Source of the DNA: Salisapilia sapeloensis CBS 127946
Lineage: Eukaryota > Protista > Oomycota
Length of the DNA stretch: 64,000 nucleotides
Direction: 5' to 3'
Assembly: GCA_023334545.1 (NCBI GenBank)
Contig: JAADVB010000032.1
Coordinates: 43,306 to 107,305 of the forward strand
A program made the position numbers and the translations under genes. The notes under the pieces are model-generated. The model did no database searches and was not told the DNA's origin. It worked only from the letters and a program-made list of their open reading frames with translations. Below, in pieces: positions 33,501-39,517 of the stretch (within the stretch, counting starts at the first letter, position 1; each line of letters starts with the position of its first letter).

Positions 33501-34180
33501 CTACTCTCAGGCACTTTGCCTTTAGTAGTTACTTTCGACCACGTCATATCATCCAGTCGGAGCATGTGCAGATCGTCAAAGTCCTTCCTACCGTACCCAC
33601 TCCCGCCGTATCCGCCGAATACGTACAAGCATCGACGAATAGCCACAGCGGAATGGCCACCGCGTGGAGGTGGAGACAACGCTCCTCCTCGGTTTGCATT
33701 TACTCCGCTCATACTGACTCGATGTTGTGCTGTCTGAGGCGTAGATAGCTGTCCATTTGGCGTAGCTGACGGATACTCCGGCGAGGTCGAAACTGCATTC
33801 GTTCGAGTCCATGTCAATGTAATCGGACTAAAGACCCAGACATCGTTGTATCTTGTCGTGCTGTCAAAGAAACCACCAAAGACGTAAATTTTGTTGTCCA
33901 CGATCGTGGCCGAGTGTTTCCATCTGGGCAATGGGCATTCTGTCGGGTCGAACTTGAGCTTCTCCCACTCCCATGCTGCATTTGAAGACATTTTAAGCAA
34001 AAACGTTGCATTCGTCGGCCCTGGAGGGCTAGATATATCACAACCTCCGAAAAGATAGGCATTGCTACCGACTACTGACAAGGAATGACCAGAGCGTGCA
34101 GTGGGTGCCACACTACCTCTGGCTGCCACAGTTTCCACTCTCTTCCAGGAGAGAACAGGAACGTCATGATTGTCGCCCAT
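21539..34180 (-). CDS. ODA11: Axonemal outer-arm dynein heavy chain, alpha-type (N-terminal Kelch propeller + IPT/TIG + filamin-like), single exon
   Basis: First ATG at 34180. Kelch repeats (RSGHS, RWKHS, RGGHS, RAGHQ, RWNHA). P-loops GPAGTGKT, GPAGCGKT, GHAGTGKT, GVGGSGRKS. Stalk/MTBD coiled coils and C-terminal domain. The Kelch N-terminus in place of the usual tail matches Chlamydomonas alpha-HC / Tetrahymena Dyh5-type chains. Confidence 0.93.
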   Translation of the reverse strand: MGDNHDVPVLSWKRVETVAARGSVAPTARSGHSLSVVGSNAYLFGGCDISSPPGPTNATFLLKMSSNAAWEWEKLKFDPTECPLPRWKHSATIVDNKIYVFGGFFDSTTRYNDVWVFSPITLTWTRTNAVSTSPEYPSATPNGQLSTPQTAQHRVSMSGVNANRGGALSPPPRGGHSAVAIRRCLYVFGGYGGSGYGRKDFDDLHMLRLDDMTWSKVTTKGKVPESRAGHQACAVDDLMIICGGWNSVSQFNDLYLFDTTTSTWTMVEGPHMACERPRWNHAMCAVLAIPNAKIFVFGGVKGVVNDYNNPGTFSNDIVILDSGDLTWSTPVIRGALPEGRSDTTLAYDDRGSRLLVFGGWANLWLQDLYMLDVSCVVGPPYAITGIFPTFGAITGGTALVVEGIDFVNMPSVVRFWCRDGFVDVAGEYVNGQTLQVTTPDFTSFPPGEVQVRVAMQGDSFTTTFQTFTFFSVTDASASFAYGPGVLCGGASGEVTTFVIEARDANGQLRTCGGDVFEVDVFSEDVGAIFIPNLEIQDLNDGRYIVNYTISKPGEYSITVYFQGTFGGKPGQIRGSPFAISFNDMVTRDFNLLSGKLVMDQVIADLQELKDFTYNSNKGLEQSLSGAEWTPEQTTAAVVKLKEHVYNVEKRGDEIRMNMEQLKAEIVYLQEIGVTVTNELETMLSIETTWNEVVRKVPAAVARITPLISNQSLKLRHDIEAYTERLQQVAAELQEKGFWSYAIGVDGAFELLEEERKTLEEEERIYLNKRHVAQIFDNEELTATAGEIVASMEASLRQVTQLWESIDDVTRKLDMARELPWSMVDALILEEEAKGFLQQVKAVHKDIRDCDAFKNFNRFVREFLATCPLLQALRHPSMRRRHWTQVMETTGKTFSYPEDDPDLCFADILALNLHEWQREIEEITDKAQREAKQEATLQDMDVRWSNAVFASESYKESDVHLLHMTEETTEMIESDQLVTQTMVSARNNFFLDLAKSWQIKLRLVADVSAMLGEIQRTWSYLEPLFIGSDEVKKELPEPAAKFIQIDTTVRKILKQMKDEQDIGNMVSACELPGLEKALKGLLSSLEECQHALKEFLEFKRQLFPRFYFVSEADLLDLLSNGNDPKAVMVHLEKVFLATKTLMLEPSTEGMIATQFVSSDSGAEHIPFEQPFALVGKVESYLQSTLEAMRLTLKDHLKRSLVRFPEQNRAEWLLQKMETDESGGSAKGGPQSPMDAAQIALVVAGVEFCRGVESTFNLLAKGQETAMAEYLKKIGIQLSDLIQLTQTSLSRADRQRVMCLITMDAHSRDVVQDLIKEKITSPSSFLWQSQLKQRCDKNAVKAQLEICDATFDYGFEYLGNGPRLVITPLTDRIYVTATQALKMQLGCAPAGPAGTGKTETTKDLANAMGKVCYVFNCSPEMDYKSLGNIFKGLASSGAWGCFDEFNRLAPEVLSVCSVQFKAVCDGIRADSDEVVIEGDRVRLDPTCGAFITMNPGYLGRSELPEGLKVLFRPITVMAPNLVLICENMLMAEGFLEAKLLASKFCTLYSLVKELLSKQEHYDWGLRAVKSVLVVAGALKRAEPKLSEQAILMRSLRDFNVPKIVEQDLPMFTGLLNDLFPGINPPKKIDEAMQKFVQNASEELGLWPHEYFRSKVLQLDEILAVRHCVFVIGPAGCGKTECCETLVAASKKRGESHSIKVTDLNPKAVSTEELYGYMMLGTREWKDGLLSKIMRDTMNAATTDSRPPRWIVLDGDLDANWIESMNSVMDDNKMLTLASNERIPLKPSMRLVFEIRDLHYATPATVSRAGILYMSSDEGVAWRSFVASWVGIKGEDLQQRQNLTNVVKKYVEPCLNFVSSECKTIVPLEAITLVQSYLYFLNSTVENDIMKEAGRLEMLCAFASVWAFGGPLTTTDEGMDYRMLFSEWWRNEFKHIRLPSRETVFDYWLNPLSYNFETWKSSPLFKPVSFDGSVAMTSVTVPTPETTAISHWMALMIRQEKPFMLCGHAGTGKTQVVHGVLNSLTSNKEQPNALEGEGKVWRSAKANFNFYTDSATLQTIVESNITKRIGTVHGPSGGDKLVLFLDDLNLPYVDPYSTQSSIALLRQMIDYGHWYDRGKFTMKQVQDVQFLTCMNPSAGSFTINPRLQRHFTTFALPQLSTSSLQHIFATFLDGYVADFVEDIRKLSSPIIKATLGLHTQICSTFRKTAANFHYEFNIRHLANLFQGLLMSKPSTFDESTKFVLLWAHEAMRVYGDRLVTTSEVSKLSTMVQQTARKTFSTLNFSRYFSPPNASLNATTTTEPIVFCHFAEGLNANEYDQVLSYMTMLDIAEDALTEYNDMFPKMELVLFQDALDHIARIVRIISCPAGHALLVGVGGSGRKSLARLAAFIVGFSVVEIIITPMYSQVDFKTDLQNMLQKAGVKGEKIVFLFSDGQIKNERMLVQMNDLLSNGQIPDLFSADEQTNIAQQMQPKVQAALSAATITSAALNNSDLSEKDRCWQFFVEEVQANLHVVLCFSPATSAFRSRAKKFPALVNCTTIDWFRPWPSDALHSVAVQALEEVGRTNNLFLENDLLLDCCHQFLPYAYQSTNEAAEFFYSQEKRRIYSTPKSYLQCLELFKTLLLRNHTRQIQAVHRLKTGLEKMEETKSVVENMKVELDRALAEAEAKKVVVEQLAKRLEEDKIIVERETQRANEEKESCAIIQAEVAAKKEDTEADLAQAEPMVEAAMAALDTLNKKDLGSCKTMTKPPAGVGDIFGAVMVLLAGTNPNIVIQKSGKVKDKDRSWETSKKALLGNINGFVDELKGFKNLIDDHQVPDINWKEVRPFLLLEHFNVEAIEKKNSAAAGLCAWVINIVAYYDAIVVVEPKKKALAEATEKLRSANEKLVAVNSRVEQLEERLKALTDEYEQTNREVEETIATVERGRLRIELATRLTNALSSEKERWAVQLQDLHQQSQTLVCDVMVASSFTSYVAGFTKPFRERLLMQRWLPYIKAHFAANDENDESLPMSLDCDPLKVLTTEAEIAEWNTMGLPSDRVSAENAAILKSSNRWPLLIDSQLQGIHWLREMEKAAHRSDPSSLHVVRQDYAKLPQLVETAVENGHTLIIENMTETIEICLWPIISKNITKRGNTTLLKLGDKMVEMQPEFRFYMHTKLSNPHFQPEVQAETAMINFTVTQKGLEDQLLSLVIRKEWPKKAKARTALIQQQNEFKVHLQQLEDRILQSLSEAEGDLTENIQVITDLETTKATAVEISIKAEKAKKNEAQINELSAQYQSVASRGALLFSVMSSLSRMHTFYVYSLNAFVVIFQRGIDVVSEGAKDAAAPTNLLSKLKAAARKVIATQRFQWNSDLLLADRVVDENQNTDTLSEEAWTEELPSAEEIAARCEQLEASVTDVVFNYIRRGFFEMDKLSLASLLCFSILQSEGKMAQEDIHQLVSNASANDAGEGMGVLTEWMSEATFLQLRRLEGSRPSFKKLTTFMKSDSEDWNKWFGCAKPEHTRPPRPYNNSATDVEILQLLRVLRPDRMVFALQNFVTTHLGAKFIYQPPFDMEATYQETSASTPMFFVLFPGVDPTVWIETLGNRFNYTFERGNLANLSMGQGQEEVANAMLSRFASEGNWIILQNIHLMPSWLSKLERTLETLSTSADPNFRCFLSAEPPALASLETLPESLLQSCIKVANEAPTDLKSNLKRAWAQFSVKTIDACTHPAEYQGLLFALCLYHALILGRRRFGSKGWNRMYSFSTGDLLICSDILRRYMDNATLGPESKLAQPPWEDLRYIFGEIMYGGHITDHMDRVTNHCYLQNVFKLEALEGKTLIAGFAPPEPSGCTYSRYSSFIDSNLSDDSPTMYGLHPNAEIGYLITAANNLFNAIALLQPNMDGNNQGLSAEEVSNEEDGASDHAVVLGVISALLEQLPPEIDLSALKEKAEPLLSTPESPYVIVALQEAVHMHTLMTEIHTSLVELVKGIHGTLNMTDAMEDLLQALSINQVPGRNILHHCSWEKHAWWSTKSLSAWFANLLDRATFIKGWIVEFKLPYSTWLSGLSNPAAFLTAIKLANARKYGMALDGITLETHVTTMEQAESTELYPEMGSFVHGLYLDGARWKLPMEADSARGSTEENVDGVVCGGNLAAPRPKELLPLLPVLYVRAVPVDEKWEETNVGYFRRQKDIYDCPVYQTTQRGPTFVVLATMKTLDPKSKWVLSGTAIIMQTDT

Positions 34181-34365
34181 TGCAACTGCATCCAAGTACT
34201 TCGATCAACACACTCTTAGCTGCAGATGGGAAGACGCGACTGTTGGCAAGTCTCTTGGTAACGTCCACAAGTATCTTTACGATACGAATGGAGAGGTCAC
34301 ATGAAAGCGACTCTTCCACTCATATGTTCCTATCGCACACCTTGACAAATCCTTCATCTTCGATA

Positions 34366-35419
34366 ATGGCCTACCGAGACCTTACTCATGCTTATCGTAT
34401 TCGTCGAGAGCATCATCTTCTAAAACCACTCGAAGATGTAGCGCCGTTGGATAAGGTGTCCAGTAAGATATCCATTGGCAACCTCTTTCGTCGCACAAAG
34501 CAACCAAGTGAAGTAGCTCTGTTGGAAGAAGGGGCTTGCATCGAGATGGTGGAACTGGATAGACCACTGTGGATGCAGGATGCTGAGGAAGCCACTGAAG
34601 CGATCCGTCTGCTTCATATAAAATGTAAAGAGCGCTACGTTTAAAATACCAAGCATACTTTTTAATCTACATGTTTCCTGATAGTGGAGTATCTTCAGGC
34701 ACTACATACTCGGCGTCTCATGATACGCTTCGACGATTCAGAGGCGGAGCAAGACAAGGAAATTCAGGCGGTGACACAAGATATGACGCATCTCTTTCGC
34801 ACCTCTGAACAAGGGCTATCGAGAATGCGTCTTCGATCACACCGTACTCACGCTGATGTCTTGATCCAGGAAAATTCCCGCTGCGCTCTAGCCCAGAAAC
34901 TACAGAGAGTATCACATGAGTATCGGGCACAACAGCAGACGTACATTGAAAGGTTGGAACTGCACAAGTTTGGCGCTAGTCATTTTTCTGTCACTGACAG
35001 TACGACCGACGGTCGCGAGTACAAGAGAAAGCGATTGGACTGGGAAGCAGAAGAGGAAGTGGAGCTTATGTCCAACCTTCAAGATATTGAGCGCCGGGAT
35101 GCTGAGATCGACCGGATTGCCAAGTCTGTTGCTGCGCTATCGGCAGTTTTCAAGGAAATCGCGGACATGGTCATTGATCACGGGACTGTAGTAGACCGCA
35201 TCGACTACAATGTCGATCAGGTAAAGCGTATCCTAGACATGCATGCCGGCAATGATATCTAATTCTTTGTTTTAGGCTGCGATGAAAGCCCGAAGCGGGC
35301 TGCAGCAACTGCAAAAGGCAGAAAAGTACGAGAGAAGCACAAGGCCAGATAGATGTATAAAAGTCCTCGTGGTACTGATCGCAGGGTGCTTTATTATATT
35401 GATTTCCAAGCAGTCGTAA
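34366..35419 (+). CDS. STX16: Syntaxin-16/Tlg2/SYP4-type Qa-SNARE, 3 exons
   Basis: N-peptide MAYRDLTHAY. Introns 34625-34684 and 35221-35275 (both GTAAAG...TAG). LHTRRLMIRFDD; SNARE motif RDAEIDRIAKSVAALSAVFKEIADMVIDHGTVVDRIDYNV; C-terminal TM (CIKVLVVLIAGCFIILI); TAA at 35417-35419. Confidence 0.9.
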
Positions 35420-35636
35420 GATAGTACTTTGCTAGCATGTACACTCAACTGCAAGGGCGAAATGAAGTGTGTATGTGTGATCACATGAGGCATCGGTAAG
35501 CGGTTCTGTTATTGTTCTCAACGAGCAAGCTTTGCGCTTGGCTCTCATTTGACACGCATAAGTATTTTCGTCATTTGCCTCCTTCCCGCCACGAGTTCAA
35601 ATCAAAGACTGAGCGTTATTTTATACAACTGAGACC

Positions 35637-35653
35637 TTCACTTTCAAACTTGC
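35637..35653 (+). promoter_or_regulatory. Inr+FPR core promoter of the GH47 gene
   Basis: TTCACTTTCAAACTTGC, near-identical to the elements at 51541-51558 (-) and 63925-63941 (+), about 80 nt upstream of the mannosidase ATG. Confidence 0.6.
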
Positions 35654-35660
35654 ATTCACT

Positions 35661-35735
35661 ATGGGTAAGATAAAAGCACATCTACAATGTAGAAATCTGT
35701 ACATCGGTAGAAGGTTTAGAGCTTCCGGCCTCTGA
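35661..35735 (+). other. Candidate 24-codon uORF (MGKIKAHLQCRNLYIGRRFRASGL*) whose TGA overlaps the mannosidase ATG
   Basis: ATG at 35661 just downstream of the predicted TSS; stop/start overlap TGATG at 35733-35737. Confidence 0.4.
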
Positions 35736-37690
35736 TGGAATCTCCTCGAGCTCGTCGCCAGAACACGTCCTTGTATCCTCCTTCTCCACCATCTCCGAAA
35801 GAATGGAGAGGACAGGATACGTCCAAGTACCGGAGAAGAAAAGCAAGAGCTTCTCCACAAGGTCTATCTTTCTACGTCCGTCTTTTGCTTGGCTTGGGAA
35901 TCCTCGGCTTGACCGCTCAATGGTACCTTTCATCGACTCAATTCACACCCATAAACCACATGGAACAGTCCAATAATGGATGGCAAGAGCATCTGCGTCG
36001 TGTCAAGACAGGAGATACGTTTGTTCCTGGTCAAAAGCATGACTTTCGCACTTACCACACGAATGCACTCTCTCGAGTCGAAATGAACCAGACAAAGGCT
36101 CGACCGTCACCAGAAACTAGTAAACGACATTGGTTTGATACTTCCAAGCATAATGCAGACCAGAAAAAGGTAGTCGAGATGACCAAATGGGCATGGGATG
36201 CATACGAAAAGTATGCGTTCGGGTCCGACTCGCTCGACATTCGCGAGATGAGAGGCAAAAGCGCAGAACAAAATGACGTTGCTCGGACACTTGTCGATTC
36301 TCTTGATACGCTCTTTATCATGGGCATGTTTGACGAGTTTGACCGAGCGACGGAGTGGATCGCACACAATCTAGGCGAACGCATCTACCGCGATGGATTC
36401 GTCAGTGTCTTTGAAACTACCATTCGATCCATCGGCGGACTCCTCTCTGCCTACTATTTGTCAGGTACAGCTCTGTCGTTCTTATTTATTTGCATAACAC
36501 GCCTGACAATACCAATAGGAAAGGAAGTGCTGCTGAATATGGCTGACGAGATCGGAGAAGCTCTCTCGCCCGTGTTTTACGAGTACGATCACGGCCTTCC
36601 TGCGAAACAATTTGACGTTATGGTACCATCCCATCCATTTCTCTTTCCTCTGTGCAATCTCACCAACTCCTTAGAATCGAGTCACACGACTGTCGAGTAA
36701 TTTGGCGGAAGCTGGGTCTCTCCAACTTGAGTTTAAGTACCTAGCGTACCGCACTGGAAAGCAACGATATCATGACCAAGTCGAGAACATCTCGAACAAA
36801 GTACGCTTTCTCTCTTCCTTATCATATGACATCATACTTACATGGGAAAGTAGTACATTCGCCAAGTACGACGTAACTTTCGCACGGGCATCATGCCAGT
36901 GGAAATGGATATGGAGGCTGGCACACCCACGAATTCAGTCATGCGCATGGGTGGTGCCGGTGACAGTTATTACGAGTACTTGTTAAAACAGTGGCTTTAC
37001 TCGAACAAGACCGAGCCGCAGTTTAAGGAACAGTATGAGATAGCCATGCAGGGCATGCAAAAGCGACTGGTCTTCCAGTCCTACCCTTCCAAGCTCACTG
37101 GCATTGGAGAGCTGCACGACATGGACCTCTCGACGCGGTTCGAACACCTGACGTGCTTTGTGCCTGGGATGCTGGCGCTCGGTTACCTTCATGGCATGCC
37201 TCCAGAGCACTTGGACTTGGCGAAACAAGTCATGGAGACTTGCTATCAAATGTATCGTCAGATGAAGTCAGGGCTGTCTCCCGAGGTCGTCTTTATCAAT
37301 AGACATCGCACGACAGTGTTAGAAGATGAGATTAACGTCGCTGTGGAAGACAACTTTAATATCCTTCGACCGGAGACGGTGGAAAGTCTCATGGTCCTGT
37401 ATCGAGTCACGAAAGATGAAAAGTATCGAGAGTACGGCCGAGAGATCCGGGACGCGTTTGAAAGGAACTGTAGAATGGATACTGGAGGGTATGCTAGTGT
37501 CTACGATGTCGCGCAAGGGCCTGTACAACAAGGGTATCGTGCCGAGATGGAGAGCTTTTTTATCGCCGAGACGCTCAAGTACTTGTTTCTCCTCTTTGAT
37601 GATGAAAACCTCCTACCGCTCGACCAGATTGTCTTTAACACGGAGGCACATCCACTCCCGATCGCATCAGCACATGCTTATAATCCCTAG
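35735..37690 (+). CDS. Class I alpha-1,2-mannosidase (GH47), type II membrane protein, 4 exons
   Basis: Introns 36465-36518, 36623-36674 and 36801-36853. Catalytic motifs SVFETTIR, GDSYYEYLLK, LRPETVES, MESFFIAETLKY, FNTEAHP; TM LLLGLGILGLTAQWYL. Confidence 0.93.
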
Positions 37691-37737
37691 ATAGCTCTCT
37701 CTTCCGTTTCAAATGACCTTGCCTATTGCTTTTTTTC

Positions 37738-38238
37738 TTACTTATCCTTGTCCGATTCGATCGACTCGTTATGGGAATCCTTGTATGATTGCAGCGTCTC
37801 GACGCTTTGCTTGCTTAGGAACTCGACGATGGGCGCCACGGCTTGCAATTGCTTCTCCAGGACCAACGCAACGTCCACCATACGCTCTTGCACGGCGGAA
37901 ATACGCTGCTCGTTCCCTTCCTTTTCCGCTTCCTCCAATTGATCCTTGACAGCCTTGAGCTCTGCGCCAGCAGTCAGCACCACTTCATACTGGAAAAGCT
38001 CGCGCAAAAAGTTGTCGCCAAGCTGCGGCTTTTTGGCCGTGTCCAGGTCATAGTGCTGATACCATTTACGATACAAGAAGAGTGCAACAGGTAGCATCAA
38101 GAGGACACCATGAATGACACCCTTATAGTACGTCTGAGAGCACTCTCCCCAAGCGCTTGGTACATCAAACGGGAGCTCCATGGTCGATACAAGAAATTTG
38201 GTGGAGGAATGCATTCGTGTGATTGGGTTTGTTTTCAT
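37738..38238 (-). CDS. Hypothetical single-pass membrane protein with coiled coil
   Basis: 166-aa ATG-initiated ORF, TM GVIHGVLLMLPVALFLY, acidic coiled coil. Fills the gap between flanking genes. Confidence 0.6.
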   Translation of the reverse strand: MKTNPITRMHSSTKFLVSTMELPFDVPSAWGECSQTYYKGVIHGVLLMLPVALFLYRKWYQHYDLDTAKKPQLGDNFLRELFQYEVVLTAGAELKAVKDQLEEAEKEGNEQRISAVQERMVDVALVLEKQLQAVAPIVEFLSKQSVETLQSYKDSHNESIESDKDK

Positions 38239-38398
38239 CCAATTACAGAGAAGATGAGGCCATCAACATTCTGATCGTCTTAGTAAAGTAGGTAGTGTTA
38301 AATACAATAGAAAGACGAAGGTTGAAAAGATAGGTCGTTTACTGGAACGGACTCCCACCGCCAACAGAACGCATTTAAGCATAGTTTAGCAGAGCAGA

Positions 38399-39369
38399 AT
38401 GACCGAATTGAGCAAACCACTTCTCGTTGCAGGTGTATCGGCAGTCGCTGCTGCCATCATCTTCGTCGCCCTTCGTGCCTCCTCCAGCTCTGTACGTAGA
38501 TATTTACCAAATCAGGCCCTGGAGACGTCCAGGATCACCGGAAAGGATGGTTGTATTGACACGACGTGAAATAGGATGAGAGCAGCGAGAAGAGCAATGG
38601 CGTTCGTGAGGTGCCGAACCTGGCCAAAGATCAGCTCCTCGCTATCCTTGACACTATCAGCTCTCAAATGGGCCAAGTTGTGGTACGTACAAGCGCTTTT
38701 ATATCGACTTACTTCACATGACTTATCAGGAAGAAATAGATGCAATTGGCCAAGCTCGAGGCAAAGATCCGTCAGGAATCGTCTCAGAACGGCCGTCAGT
38801 TGCCGGAAGACCAGCTTGCGTCCTACCTCATGGGCCAATTCGAAGAAGCCATGAAGGCCATTGAAAGCCAAGTCTACTCCAAATATCAGACGACCGAGGA
38901 CGAGGTCAAGCTCGCCACCGAGTACTATGAGGAAGAGGAGGACGCGGAAGTCTCTGCTGCTGTCAACAAGCTCCAGGAATTGTACCGTGTCATGACGGGC
39001 AACGGCGGCAACGAAGTCGAAGTCCCGGCTGATTTGACGCTCGAGAAGTTCATCGGCATCATGGAAGAAACCATGGAGAGCTTGAACGTCGCCATGGAGG
39101 AGGTCTGCGCTGAAGTCAAGGAGCTCAACCCAGACAACAAAGAAGAGGCCATCAACCAGCGATACGTCAAGCGTGCCGACGCTCTGTCCACGGACATCCA
39201 CGCCAAGCACGGTCTCACGCGAGAGGTCCTACAGGCTGCCATGATGAAGTACCAACAGGAGCCGTCGTTCTTAACGACCATGTCGCAACTTCAGCAGACG
39301 CAAGCGGAGCGATTCGCCGCTGCTGCCGCCATTTTTAATGGCGAGGTGAACATGGGCATGACCGAATAA
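38399..39369 (+). CDS. Hypothetical helical protein with N-terminal signal anchor, 3 exons
   Basis: MTELSKPLLVAGVSAVAAAIIFVALR. Phase-0 introns 38492-38574 and 38683-38739 join in frame to ORF 38740-39369. Strong C/G-ending codon bias suggests high expression. Confidence 0.75.
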
Positions 39370-39517
39370 GCATTTAGCATGTTGATGACTATGAAAAACA
39401 AGCTCGTGTACCATCGCGAGTGCGCAGGATAGGCCGTTGGACCATGTCTAAACAAGACTTCTTTTCTTTTTAAATCGACTTTTCGTGTTACTAAAGTTAG
39501 ATCAGACAATCGATAGG

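Noticed and set aside
38518-38533. Hairpin CCTGGA-GACG-TCCAGG in an 83-nt intron (possible intronic snoRNA)
   Set aside because: Only a 6-bp stem, no convincing C/D or H/ACA boxes, and the intron is too short.
38512-39210. 232-aa antisense ORF
   Set aside because: Shadow ORF produced by the strong codon bias of the sense gene 38399-39369.
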